DNA of 64,000 nt, from NCBI RefSeq assembly GCF_009914755.1, contig NC_060934.1; one strand, 5' to 3'. The notes under the pieces are model-generated. The model made no database searches. It was not told the origin of the DNA and worked only from the letters and a program-made list of their open reading frames with translations. This DNA is from the human T2T-CHM13v2.0 reference genome, Homo sapiens. Below are positions 12,303-25,302 of this stretch, piece after piece (positions within the stretch are counted from its first letter, which is position 1; each line of letters begins with the position of its first letter). The position numbers were made by a program, and so were the translations under genes.

Positions 12303-15300
12303 GCAGAGGAAATCCATGCTAAATAATCAAGGACTATCTATGCATCAAGATCTAGGTAAACTAAATAAAATGCTATTCCACAAGATCAGAAAGGAGTCAT
12401 ACGAGGAACATAGGTTAACAAATTAATTAATCAAATAGAATTTAATAAACAGATAGGGATTTTGAAAACATATTCATAAAAATGTCCATAACATTACTGA
12501 ATATTTGCAAACTTTGTGAGCAGCTAGTACTTTTAAAGCTCCCTAAGTTATTACAATGAACAGCCAAGTTTGAGAACCAGTTCTTTACGTGATGCTTGTT
12601 ACCAGGCCCACTTTCTTTCTATCCAATTTGTTAGTAGGGTACCTCTCAGGCCCATTCAATCTTTCTGAAAAGATGGTGTTACTTAACTGGCCGTCTTGAG
12701 AAATAATAAAGCTGAGGTTAGAAGCCTCCTTTCAACCCTGGTGAGAAGAGGTTGTACAGCGCATGTTCCAGGGAAGCTTTTCAAATGTTTGTGACACTAA
12801 AACTCAAGGTAGATAATAGGAGACTGTATTTCCTTTCAGTCTCATGCTTATCTTTGAAAAATTTCCCTTAGATCCAGATCTCAGAAGCACAAAGCAGATT
12901 GAAGTCATTTGGTTGGAGAATATTTTCAACTGCAAGACCTTCATTATATTTAAAAGTTCAGCCAATCCTCATTTTAGGCATCTCTATGTTTAGAACGTAC
13001 ATAGAATGTGAACATCCTTTGCAAGAATGAATTCTCAATTTTATGAACAGGAACAAAAAGTTTTTAAAGATGTTTTTAAAAATTTTATTTCCAATGAGCC
13101 TAGAAAACACACTCAAACAAAAGAAATGAATTGGCGTTTGACTCCAACACTTTCTTTAAAATTGTATTTGTGATCTACAGATGTAGACATGGTTATGGAT
13201 ATAGATTACAGAGATTTAAGTGCTGCAGAGGAGACAGCATTTTATATTAGAAATATAATACTTTTTAGTATCAAAAAATGTGGATTTGATTGGGGCTCTT
13301 CTAATAATTTTTTTGTGCAAATATGAACACTTTATTTTAACCACCCTGGAACTCAGTTTCCAATTTCATACAACCATGAGTGAAACTTCCTCATTTCTAA
13401 GCTCTCTTTCAGGTTCTCCTATTTACAGATGGTTAGTTAAACTTCATTTCTAAGGCCTCTTTCAGGTTCTGCTATTTATGGATGGTGATTTAAAGGTGCT
13501 GCTCCTTGAAGGCTACGGGTATTTTCATAGTGTCAGGTTCAGCTTAAGGAGAGAAATCTTCACTAATGAAAATGAAAACTTACGGAGCAGTAGGAAGGGG
13601 ATAAACCTCTTGACCCAGATGCTCCTATCACTAGCCTTTCTGCCTGTATTTTCAAAAGCAGAATTTTTAGTAAAATTTATTGAAATACCATTTCCTCTAG
13701 AAGCTAGCTCAAATGTGACTGATAATAAAAGTCCAGTGTCCTCTAAACAAAACCAGCATATACAAATTTGAATTTATTTTTAAAAAATAAATTAAAAGAA
13801 CAGAAGTGATTATTTACATCACAGAAGAATTAATTGTTCTTACAAAGTGATTCTTTTGGGAATGTTAATGACAACTGATAAGTGATTTGCCTTTTGCTAA
13901 TTTTATATAGAATTTTGCATAATTTTCAAATTATGACTAAATTTTAAGACCATATCTGTTGTAAGAAGTAAGATGTAGTTCTATATTTGAGACACTTATG
14001 AGCCCCACTGTGGATCTGTACGTTTCCTTAGGGCATTGGAGCTTCAGGGAAGCCAATATATAATACTTGCATAAGGGTCTGCAAGGTCAAAGGACTTGAT
14101 TTGTTATGGAGGATTTGCTAACTGTTCAAAGCAAAGAAATTTGTTTCAATGCTGCAGTTCAGATTCATCAATTGACGTTAATAAGTTAGTATTTACAAAA
14201 GATTAATAGCTTGATTCTTCAAACTCAAATGCCAGAGACTGGCTGTTTAAAAAAAGTATTTTGGGGCCCAGGCCATTGGATGTAAATTTCTATCAGTTTC
14301 CAGGTGGCATTTCACAGTAGAAAATTATATTTTCTCTGGAGCATGAATTAGAAAGAAATGGTCTAGCTGTCTGTTTAAATCAATTAAAAATGTCTAGAAA
14401 TGAGTTGAATCATAAGTTTCCACCATCACTACTTCCTTCAAGAATGGTTGCTGTTTTTCCAAGCTGCTTTTGTGTTTACTTTCAAAGGCCTGTCCCAGTG
14501 TGGACTATAGATAGGTGATGTGGCAAGAGATAAAAGATATCTTCTCCAAAATAAGGACCCTGTTCAAGGCCATTGGAAAAATTGTCACTTTTGTTAGATG
14601 ATAAGGAGGACAATGAAGAAGAATGCTCCAGATTACCTAAAGCTGATACCTTTAAGTAATCATTTTCCCCCTAAATCTCAGCTGTTCTATAAAGTCCTTG
14701 AAATTTTTCTTTTTTCAAAAAGAATACCTTTTTTTTGCATCCTCTGCTTGATGACTCTGGAACATCAATACATATGAGAATGACATTTCCATGCAATGAT
14801 AAAATTGTAAATTGTTTCTGCCTTTTATCCTTTCTTTTTATCCTTCTTTGATTTCATGATGATAGATGTCATTTATTCTGCTATCAATGTGTCCATCATT
14901 AATTATTTTCTTTGTTGTTTTCCTGCCAGATTATTCTTTCTACTTTGATACTGAAAAATTAACCAACTCAAGGAACTACTCTTATGTAGAGGAAAGATTA
15001 GAAGCAGCATTTTTATTAAAACATGCAATAGATATAAACATGTTTATATCTAGAAGGAAACACATCTAAATCTAAATGTTAGTAGTAATTATCTATAAAT
15101 TGTGAGAGAAATTTAAATTCTATTTTTTCTTAGTATTTCCCCAAATTTCTATATTGACGCTGTGTTTATAATAAAAAACAGATATTTTGATTTAATATCA
15201 CATTCTACTGGTTTTGAATCTAAGCTTGCCTGTACAAGGTAGATGTCATCTTGCTTACATTACCTATAAATGATCTTGATTAAAACACCTCTCTGAGTAT

Positions 15301-18300
15301 CAGTTTCTTCACTTGTAAAATACCTCCTTCATAGAACTGGGAGAATTAAATAAAATAAGTTGAGTGCCTGGAACATAGTGATTTAAAAAATCAGTCTCCT
15401 TTTCAGAAATTTAATGTTAGTTGAGAAAAAGAGTTAAAATACTACAATGCCCAGATTTAAAATAGCGACTTCGGAAAAATTACGTTATTTGTTTGTTTCT
15501 TAGAGTTGATTTCTCCCAACGTTTATGTTTTGTACTGTGTTCCAGAAAGCTTGGCTTATGAATAAGTGGGATATACTGTACCCCACTGAGCTGTAATCTT
15601 TTAGAGCTAGGAGGGAACTTCAGAAATCTTTAAGCCTAAAACATTTATCTCATAGTTGAAATGCTGAGAGGACAATTTAGATCTAATAGCAACTTTGTTT
15701 CCAGTATGCTTTCCAAGAGTAGATCATCTCTTAGCTTTTAGCAGTCAATTTGGGATTATTTGCTATCATCTTAATAGGATTCCTGGACCCCTAGGCTTTA
15801 GGCTAGTGGCTAAAATGGAGAAGAAAAAGCTGGGGAGAGAAAAGTCAGAAGAGATGAAAGACGTGCTAGAGAAAGGCAATGTTAAGGCAGCAACCCAACA
15901 GCAAGTCCACGGTGACATCATTTATCTTCAACCATGGTTAAAAATGAGTTTTAACCATGGTTGAAGAAAATATTTACCCTTGCAGACAGAAAAGCTCTTC
16001 CATGCAATTTTATAAACTGTGGGACTATGCAAAACAGTTATTTCCTCAGTGATATATTGGAGGGTCCTTATTTCAGGAGAATTTGCATGCTTTGTGTCTG
16101 GTCAGTGCTGAATTCAACCCTGCAGAACTCCCTGGGTTACATTTTGGGAGGAGGCAGTGCTGTAAGGAAAGCAACTGTTTAGCAGGAGCCTTGGTTGGGA
16201 TTGTGTCTCTTAAGTTATTAGTGCTAAAGGCAGAAGGAAGTGTGATAGTTAGAAGAATAAGGCATTTCTACGCAGTCTTTCGTTTTTCAATACAACCCCC
16301 GCCCCTTGCTCTCAGTTTAAGTAATAAAGCCCATAGAAATATTTGTATTTCTTAGACAAACATAAGATTTTTTTCCCCTTTGGCCAACCTTTCCTACAAA
16401 TACACTAATATGGGGGAAAGGGGAGTGAGAGAGTTCCTTTCAGCTTATGAAGAAGTGTTAATTATTCCTTTCACAAGACTTCTAACTCTTGGGAAACAGC
16501 TCTCCTTTTATAAAACTGTTTCTGTCTGTTGCTGTTATCTAGAAGCAGCCACCTGGTTGGAGGGGAGAGTTTAATTGTTTCCTTAATACTGATTTAATTT
16601 TGAAAGATCTAAAATATGCAAACACAATAGTTGAGCCTATGATCTACCTGTCTCACCTTGTATATCCCATTTCGCCCTTCCTTTTAGAATTTTTTGTTCA
16701 GTTTCCATGTTCTGGATTTCAGATTGACATTTTTCTCCACCTAAAATTGTCTTATAACAGGTGTGTAAAAATTATAAAGGGAGACACTGTTAGAAAGGCC
16801 AGGGCATAAGGGTGTCAATGTGCACAGATAAACCAGTTGAAGAAAATTACACATTCAAGTAATCAATCAATATGAAGACAAGCAGTTCAGTTCTGTTCAT
16901 GACAAGTTTAATGCAGAACTTAAGAGTGGGCATTGGGAAATGTTCAACTCAATTTTACAAGGTGATTCTCCGTCTCTAGAATCTCATAAACATTGTGAGT
17001 TTGAGCTTTGGAGTATTTGTTTTATTATTTCATTTTTCTACTAATTAATTTTTATTGTACTTTACAAAAGTGCCTGTTCACAATGAATTTAAAGATAAAA
17101 ACTGGGCTTTTATCACAGATAAATGGTCTAAGGATAATATTTATAAAGAAAGGGTGTTATGGCCAAGACTGTTCTTACTGGAGAGTCAAAATATAAGTTA
17201 GTATATTAAAGACGCTGAACAGCTGCATAGCAAACAAACCTGTAGAATCTAGCATTTCCCAGCCACAGTGTACTATCCATAGTCTACCACATTATTTTCA
17301 CCATGCCATGACATATCTAAACTTCAAACCATTGAAACATTGAAGTCTACATGATTTCATGATCAAGAATCTCTTTAAGAATTGGTAGAACTCTTTAGAC
17401 ACACGCTATAATACCTGTACCTCAGGAAACATAGTTATCTAAACTTTGGGGTTTATCTGTGAAAATTAGATTGATCATTATTATGTCTTGGAGTTATATA
17501 GTTTTTATTGCTATAACCTAAGAGACTTTCTATAACCATGCCTTAAAAAATACTAGCAGAGCATTCATAAGTCCAGGCAGAAATGTATAAATATAGCCTA
17601 CTCCTAAGATCAGGAGAATATTTTCCTTGATGTTTACTTGAAGCCATTTCTTCTCACAGTTTTTTCTCAAATATTATTTAAAATCCACTCACATCTTGTC
17701 ATGCTGATGTATTTTTTGAGGGGAGGCAGTGAGGCACATTTCTTTATTTCAGTTGGTACAGCTACAATGACTAGATATTAAAGGATGCCCTTTTAGAGAA
17801 GAAAGGTCATTTTTGACACAGGAAAGAAATGAGTGTCTACAGATTGGATAATGGCCTGATTCTACGCCTGTCCGGTCAATGCTACCAATTAGCAGAAAGC
17901 ATTTTGGCCTTCTAGTGGAGAAAAAAAATAGAAGGAAAATATAAATTAAAATGTTTAATGTATTTCTTGAGACTTGATTATTTTTAACCTTTTACTCCTT
18001 CAAAGTGTTAGTCCCCTCCTCCTCCAAAATGTTATAAACTTTTGGCAATTCTTATTTGATTGTTATTCCAGTGGAAGTGAAGAAGAAAGTCAAGCTATCA
18101 CATGGTTTCTTTATATAAATTGACTTTTGTTTGTTTGTTTTTAAAAATTATCTAAGGCTGCAACTCCAAAATGTGATTCTCTCTGTGGAGTAGAATTATG
18201 GATAACTTTAGTTTTCTTCTTTATACTTTTTCTGTATTTTTATTTTGCATAAGTGTCATAAAATATATGTAAAAAGAATCTCAGATTCTATAGATTTTTA

Positions 18301-21300
18301 AAAGTGAAGGAAAATGTCTTCCTAAAGGCTCAGGTGGACAGGTTTTGGATATAGAAAATTTTTATTAAATTGGACCTGAAGTTTGGATTCCTTCTTAAAA
18401 TTCCTCCTTCAAAGTGTGAGTCATGGTAGCCTTTGTAGTAACATGACCTTGCTGACATACCACATTCAATTAGCTTCAAATTATGATGTTTTATTTAAGG
18501 CTAACTATGGAGACATTTCCACAGCTGAGGAAGGTGCCACTTCCTTCTGGCTCCTGATCCCAGTATATTGTGGGCAGTTCCTCTTCCTTGGTTTGAGATT
18601 TGTCTCAAACAGCAACTTCGCTCAAAAGGAAATACAGATGGGCCAACAGTTAGTGACTTTGATCAATGTGAAAAGCCAGAACAGATGATTCAGTGCAAAC
18701 GATCCACTCAAGGGCCAGGATTGGCTTATTTATCAGGCCCCTCCAACTAGAGTCTAGATCAGGGCTGCCCGGAGTGATAAAGCGCATCTGTGAAGCACTA
18801 CTGCAACTTGCCACTCAGCGTCTTTCAGTACAACCCTGGAGGACAGACACTCCATAACTGCCAGTAGCCACATGCCCTCCAGGTTGAAGTGGGTGGCTTC
18901 TCTTCTCTAAGCCTGGATTTTACCACTGTAGAGTGGCCATGTACTATTCTATCAAAGTCAGGCCTTAGCTGTGTGGAGTCATATCCCATCCTTGTCCCTG
19001 CCTCTGTATGACACTGAATTGGGGAATAAAACTATCCTGCTTTTGCTACTATATTCTCAAGAACTGTGTCTGGGAAATACAGGATTTGCAACTAATAATA
19101 CCCTGACATTCTGCTCTCTACAAATAAGTAGTAAAATAAATAGCGAAAATGTGTTTAAATGCTACCTGATAATAGGGAAAGGACTTTGAGGGATTTTAAT
19201 AGAAGCAGTGACTTCATCTATATGTGAACCATTCCGAGAAAATGCATTTGAAGTAGGCAACAGCACATATGCCCTGAAAGGGCTGCTTTATTTAGATACC
19301 ACATGTCACTTTTCAGGATGGAAAGGCACTCATCTCTGGAAAGCCTTTTTGGATAAATATGAAAACTAATACAACTAATTATGTTTTGAGTCTTTTTCTC
19401 TTTCACATATATACACACTTTTTATTATACTCCTTCTAATAATTTATTATATTTATTTGTATTTCTTCTCCACTAGATAATCAACTCCTTGGGAACTGGA
19501 AGCCTTTGTCATCTTTGGTTAAGAACATTGTCCTGAAGAAAGTAGGTGCTCAAATACGTGACATAATAGCCAATGTTTTTTGTTATGTCAATAGTGACAT
19601 AACAGCCAACACTTTTTGTGATTTTATGGTGCCATTTAGTATGTCACATGGAGAATTTCTTCTAATCTATTTAAGTTAGGTGATACTGCTACACAAATTA
19701 TACTGATAGAGATACTGAGGTGTGAAATGGTTACGTGTGCTAAGTCACATGCTGACATATAACAGGACAGCTAGCCCAGACACAAGTGGGCTCATTCTTA
19801 TCACTAGCCTACAATTTTTTTGTACTTATTCAAAAGAAAAAGAAAGCTTCTCTACAAACTTTTTTTTTGGTAGGGGAGGAGGGTCACTTGCAATAGTAAG
19901 ATTTCAGAGGTCACATGAGCAGACTAGGGAATCAAACAATCCTGAGGTTGAACTCTAGCTTGTTGATTTGCAAACTGTAAAACTCAGCTTCTCTGAGCAT
20001 CAGCTTGTTGAGCTTTCAAGGGATAATGAATTCTATATGCTTTTGTCTTTCTATATAGATTCTGGTATAAATAATATGTATATTTTGGATAGAATAGACA
20101 TGGAATCAATATTTCTGAAAACTTTAGTTTTATCTATTAATAACTTATTTATGTACTGATAATAAATACATAATTAGTAATCAAAATTAATGTTTTATTA
20201 ACACTGATTATAGTTATTAATAAATAAAATACCTTTTATTTATCAATAAAATAACTCATTTTTAGTGGGTCAACTCATTCTTTTTTCAGGACACTTGCTG
20301 AAGGAAGGCTGATCTACTGTATTCAAATTTTTAATGATTTTACACAGGGTAACAATGAGTTTTAGATTTGTATATCAAACATGAGATTATATCCCTAACG
20401 CTCTCCTATAAGCAGAATAAATGTTTAAATAAGTGAAATTTTTAAGTGTGCATTTGGACTTCTAAAAGAGGCTTCCTTCCCCCTCTGCATCTTTCCTAAG
20501 ATCTGGCTGTATTCTCAACCCTTGCCTTTGTCGGGTGTGTGGCAGGTGACCTCCTTCCTCTCGAAGTCCATGCACAGTCCATCAGTCATTTGGACTTCCA
20601 CTGTCCATGCAGTCCTTCCACTGACCACATTCCCCATTTCGGACTGTTGCCTCCCCTATTTCTGTATTTCAAAATCTAAATCTGGTAGCCCAAGTTATCA
20701 TCACTCAACCATTTTTTATTGCTTTTTTTTTTTTATCTGCTGTTGAAATAGCTGAATGCTAAAAAAATTGGTCAGTTGCCAAAAACAGCATTAGGAATGG
20801 GATTTGGAGAGGTCATTAGACCAGCTGTTAGTTATTCACTCAGACATCGTCTTGGAACCAGAAAACCATTGCATTCAGAACAGCACTTATAAAAGCAATC
20901 CATTGATCTCAGTTTCTATTTTTCTCCCCTATTAATGTTGAAGCTTTTTCTGTGTGATTATATGAAGAAACTTGGTTCTTATCTCCCTGATAAATGCAAT
21001 GGCATGTTAACAGGGAAAGCTTCAACAGTCCATTTAAGAAATAGGACAGAATTTAATGTCATCTAAAGCTCAGATTTGTGCTTTTAGAAGCTTTTTCATA
21101 GAAGCAGGCACCGAGCAGTATCACAGAATCAACATTTGTACACAGTTATGTCTCAGGTATGCAGTCTAGCCTTGAAATTGGTGAATAAGTTATGCTCCAT
21201 TGGCCTTTTCCAGCTTTAAGATGTTACTGAGGCCACTAACCGATTACCCAGACTTGCTCTTTTTTTCTGTGTCCGTGAGATTCTAGTATGGTAAATAGGC

Positions 21301-21369
21301 TTAAATCAAGCTCTCAATATTTTGTATCCATGAAGTCTGGTAAAATTTTATTCATTCTTTTACCTTTTT

Positions 21370-24110
21370 GTTTTAAAAATTAAATATTTCCATTATAAAC
21401 AGAATCCATGCATCTATGTATTTGTATTCAAATAGCACAAAAAAGTATATCGTCTTTCCCTCCCATGGCAGTGTGCCCCGTTCTCCTCTTTGAAGGCAAT
21501 TTCTGTTAGCAGTTTCTTGTGTCTCCTTCCAGAAATATTCTCTACCCACACAAGTATACATATTTTAAATAATTGTAATTACTCAAATAATGTACCAGTT
21601 CTCTCATGGTACATTATCATAAGATGATGTGGTGAGACGTAATATCTATTTTTCTATTTTCTGAAATAGTTCAGGCAAGATTGTGCTTGTTTTGTATATA
21701 TTTAGTAGAACCCATCCACAAAGTCATCTGGGCTATTTGTTTTCACAAAGAAAGATTTTCTTTCATAAGAGACTCAGTTCTTTTAATGGATATATGACTA
21801 CTTACATATTCTGTTTCCTCCTGTCTCTATTTTATCTACAGTTTCAAATTCAAGTTTTCTACAGCTGCCTAAGTGTTCCTCTTAGTAAATTTGCAATGTT
21901 TTTATAAACTATTGTGCTGTTTTTTTAAATTGGCTCTTTATGTCTTATCTTTTTTGTTCTTGGTCAGGCTTGCCAGGAGTTTGTCAATTTTTTTAGTCTA
22001 AGTTTCAAAGATACAACTTTCAGCTTTGTTTTTCCTATTGTATCTGTTTTGTATTTCTTTAAACAGGATTTGCAACTATTCCTACACTTAATAAATTTCT
22101 ATTATTATTATTATTTACTTAGTCTCTCTGGGTTTAATTTACTACTTTTTCTAAATTCTTGAGATGGATGCATAGATAGCTGGTTTTCAGTGTTTCTTAG
22201 TTTTGAATATATACATCTAAGGATAAAACTGTTCCTCTGTACATGGCCTCAGTCGCATTCCACACATTTTCATACTTGGTATTTTCATTACTATCAGTTC
22301 AAAAATTTTTGACCATCAGTTTTCTTCTTTGAACAAAGGGTTATTTAAATGTGTGTTCAATAATTTTCCAACATTTTGAGGTTCTTCAAATATCCTTTGT
22401 TATCTATTTTTAGCTGAATTTTACTGTGGTCATGGAATATCTGATCAAAATCTGTGTAATTTCAATCTGTGTGGATCTACATCATTTGAATTCTTTGAAA
22501 TTTATTGAGACTTACTTTATGGCCCAACATATGGTCAACCTTGGTAATACTCTATAAACTTGAAAAGTATGAACATTCTTTGTGTGGTATAAAGTTTACA
22601 TGTTAATTTGATAAATTTGTTAATAAGTTGGTAAATTTCTATCTTTACTGTTTTTTTTTCCATTTGTGCTACCAGTTACTGAGAACAATTTTTCAAAATT
22701 ACATAGTGATTGTTCATTTGTCTATTTTTTTCTATCAATTTTTGTTTCATAGATATTGAGCCCAAATTGTTAGGTGCAAAAAATTTTTAATTGTTATACT
22801 TTCCTAGTATTTGACCTTTCATTATCAAATATCATTGTTATTTCTAATACTAGTTTATGCTTTAAAGTAAATTTGTCATATCAAAAGAGCAATTGACAGT
22901 CATTATTTTTTAAGTGGAGTCTTTATTCTTCATTTATTGTGTTTGGGCTTAGTAATCCTATTATCTTAATATTCACTTTTTATTTATCTCTTGTGCTTTA
23001 AATTTTCTTTTCCCTATTGCTTTATTTTTGATAATTTTTTTGTTTCTATTATGCTCACTTTCTTAGCTTATATTTTTTTACTATTTTTTAGGTGGTTACT
23101 ATGGAGATTTTGATGTATGTTCTTGATTTATTAAGGTTTCATAAAATTAGTAATTTTATTATCATCCAGAAAATACAAGGATCATAGAACTATTTAATTC
23201 CTTTCACTCAGCTACTTACCAGCTTGTATACTATTATTGCACGTAATCTAATTCTAAATATTAAACCCCACAAGATATTTTATTACTATATTTATAGTCA
23301 ATATTCTTTTTGTCTTCACTACATATTTACCCATTTCTTTGGTCTTTATTTCTTCTTGCATAACTTTGCTCAAATTGGGGATAATTAGTGTTATGCTTGA
23401 ATAATATGCTTAATGTTTTTAGTATGGTATTGATTATAAAAACTCCATGATCCTGCTTGTCTAAAAATTTCTTCAAATATCTTGTATTTTAAAAGATATG
23501 CTTGCTGATATAGAATTCTAGAGTGGCAGATATTATTGTTCTCTATTTTGAAGGTATTCCACTATCTTTTGGCTTTCATTGTTTCTGTTCACATCACTCT
23601 TCTTCTTATTGTTGCTTCTTTGCAGGCAATATATTCTGTTGTTTTCCTGGCTGCTTTAAAGAGAATTTGTATGTCTTTAATTTTCTGCACTTTTCCTATA
23701 TTGCAACTGGGTAAGCATCTTTTGGTTATTTCGCTATTTGAAAACCTATTGAGGTTCATAGCACCTATTGAACCTGTTAACTGATAGCTTTTGTGAGTTT
23801 TGAAGTTATTGGTCAATATCTCTTTAAATATTTATTCTGCCTTTCTCTATCTCATTATCTTTCTGAAGCCCCAACTGACTCGTTGCGACAACTTTTCTCT
23901 GTGCATCATATGCCCTTTAAACTCACTTCTATATTTCCTAAACTTTTGTCTCGTACTTCAGGCTAGGTAATTTTTCAGTCATATCTTCCAATTTACTAAC
24001 TCTTTTTTCTGAGCCCAATATACTATTAAACACATCCCATGAGCCCTAAATTTGATTAAACACATCCTATTAGCTCTAAATTTGTTGCTGTATTTTTTTT
24101 AGCTATATGC
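21370..24110 (-). mobile_element. Old L1M/L1ME fragments, antisense
   Basis: T-rich L1 antisense signatures: TTTGTCAATTTT, TTTATTGAGACTTACTTTATGGCCCAACATATGGTCAA, TATAGAATTCTAG. Confidence 0.7.
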
Positions 24111-25302
24111 TATTTATTATTATTATACTTTAAGTTTTAGGGTACATGTGTACAACGTGCAGGTTTGTTACATATGTATACATGTGCCATGTTGGTGTGC
24201 TGCACCCATTAACTCATCATTTAGCATTAGGTATATCACCTAATTCTATCCCTCCCCCCTCCCCCCACCCCACAACAGTCCCCAGTGTGTGATGTTCCCC
24301 TTCCTGTGTCCATGTGTTCTCATTGTTCAATTCCCACCTAAGAGTGAAAACATGCAGTGTTTGGTTTTTTGTCCTTGCAATAGTTTGCTGAGAATGATGG
24401 TTTCTAGCTTCATCCATGTCCCTACAAATGACATGAACTCATCATTTTTTATGGAGGCATAGTATTCCATGGTGTATATGTGCCACATTTTCTTAATCCA
24501 GTCTATCGTTGTTGGACATTTGGGTTGGTTCCAAGTCTTTGCTATTGTGAATAGTGCCACAATAAACATATGTGTGCATGTGTCTTTATAGCAGCATGAT
24601 TTATAGTCCTTTGGGTATATACTCAGTAATGGGATGGCTGGGTCAAATGGTATTTCTAGTTCTAGATCCCTGAGGAACAGCCACACCAACTTCCACAATG
24701 GTTGAACTAGTTTACAGTCCCATCAACAGTGTAAAAGTGTTCGTATTTCTCCACATCCTCTCCAGCACCTGTTGTTTCCTGACTTTTTAATGATGGCCAT
24801 TCTAACTGGTGTGAGATGGTATCTCATTGTGGTTTTGATTTGCATTTTTCTGATGGCCAGTGATGATGAGCATTTTTTCATGTGTCTGTTGGCTGCATAA
24901 ATGTCTTCTTTTGAGAAGTGTCTGTTCATATCCTTCGCCCACTTTTTGACAGGGTTGTTTGTTTTTTTCTTGTAAATTTGTTGGAGTTCATTGTAGATTC
25001 TGGATATTAGCCCTTTGTCAGATGAGTACATTGCGAAAATTTTCTCCCATTCTGTAGGTTGCCTGTTCACTCTGATGGTGGTTTCTTTTGCTGTGCAGAA
25101 GCTCTTTAGTTTAATTAGATCCCATTTGTCAATTTTGGCTTTTGTTGCCATTGCTTTTGGTGTTTTAGACCTGAAGTCCTTGTCCATGCCTATGTCTTGA
25201 ATGGTATTGCCTAGGTTTTCTTCTAGGGTTTTTATGATTTTAGGTCTAACATATAAGTCTTTAATCCATCTTGAATTAATTTTTGTATAGGGTGTAAGGA
25301 AG
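24111..25302 (-). mobile_element. 5'-truncated L1PA3/4-like element (ORF2 C-terminus and 3' UTR)
   Basis: ORFs 24723-25334 and 24327-24698 encode L1 ORF2 C-terminus ([14 protein letters not shown]...RCWRGCGE...TLLHC, EYYASIKNDEF). Tail TTATTATTATACTTTAAG. Confidence 0.95.
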
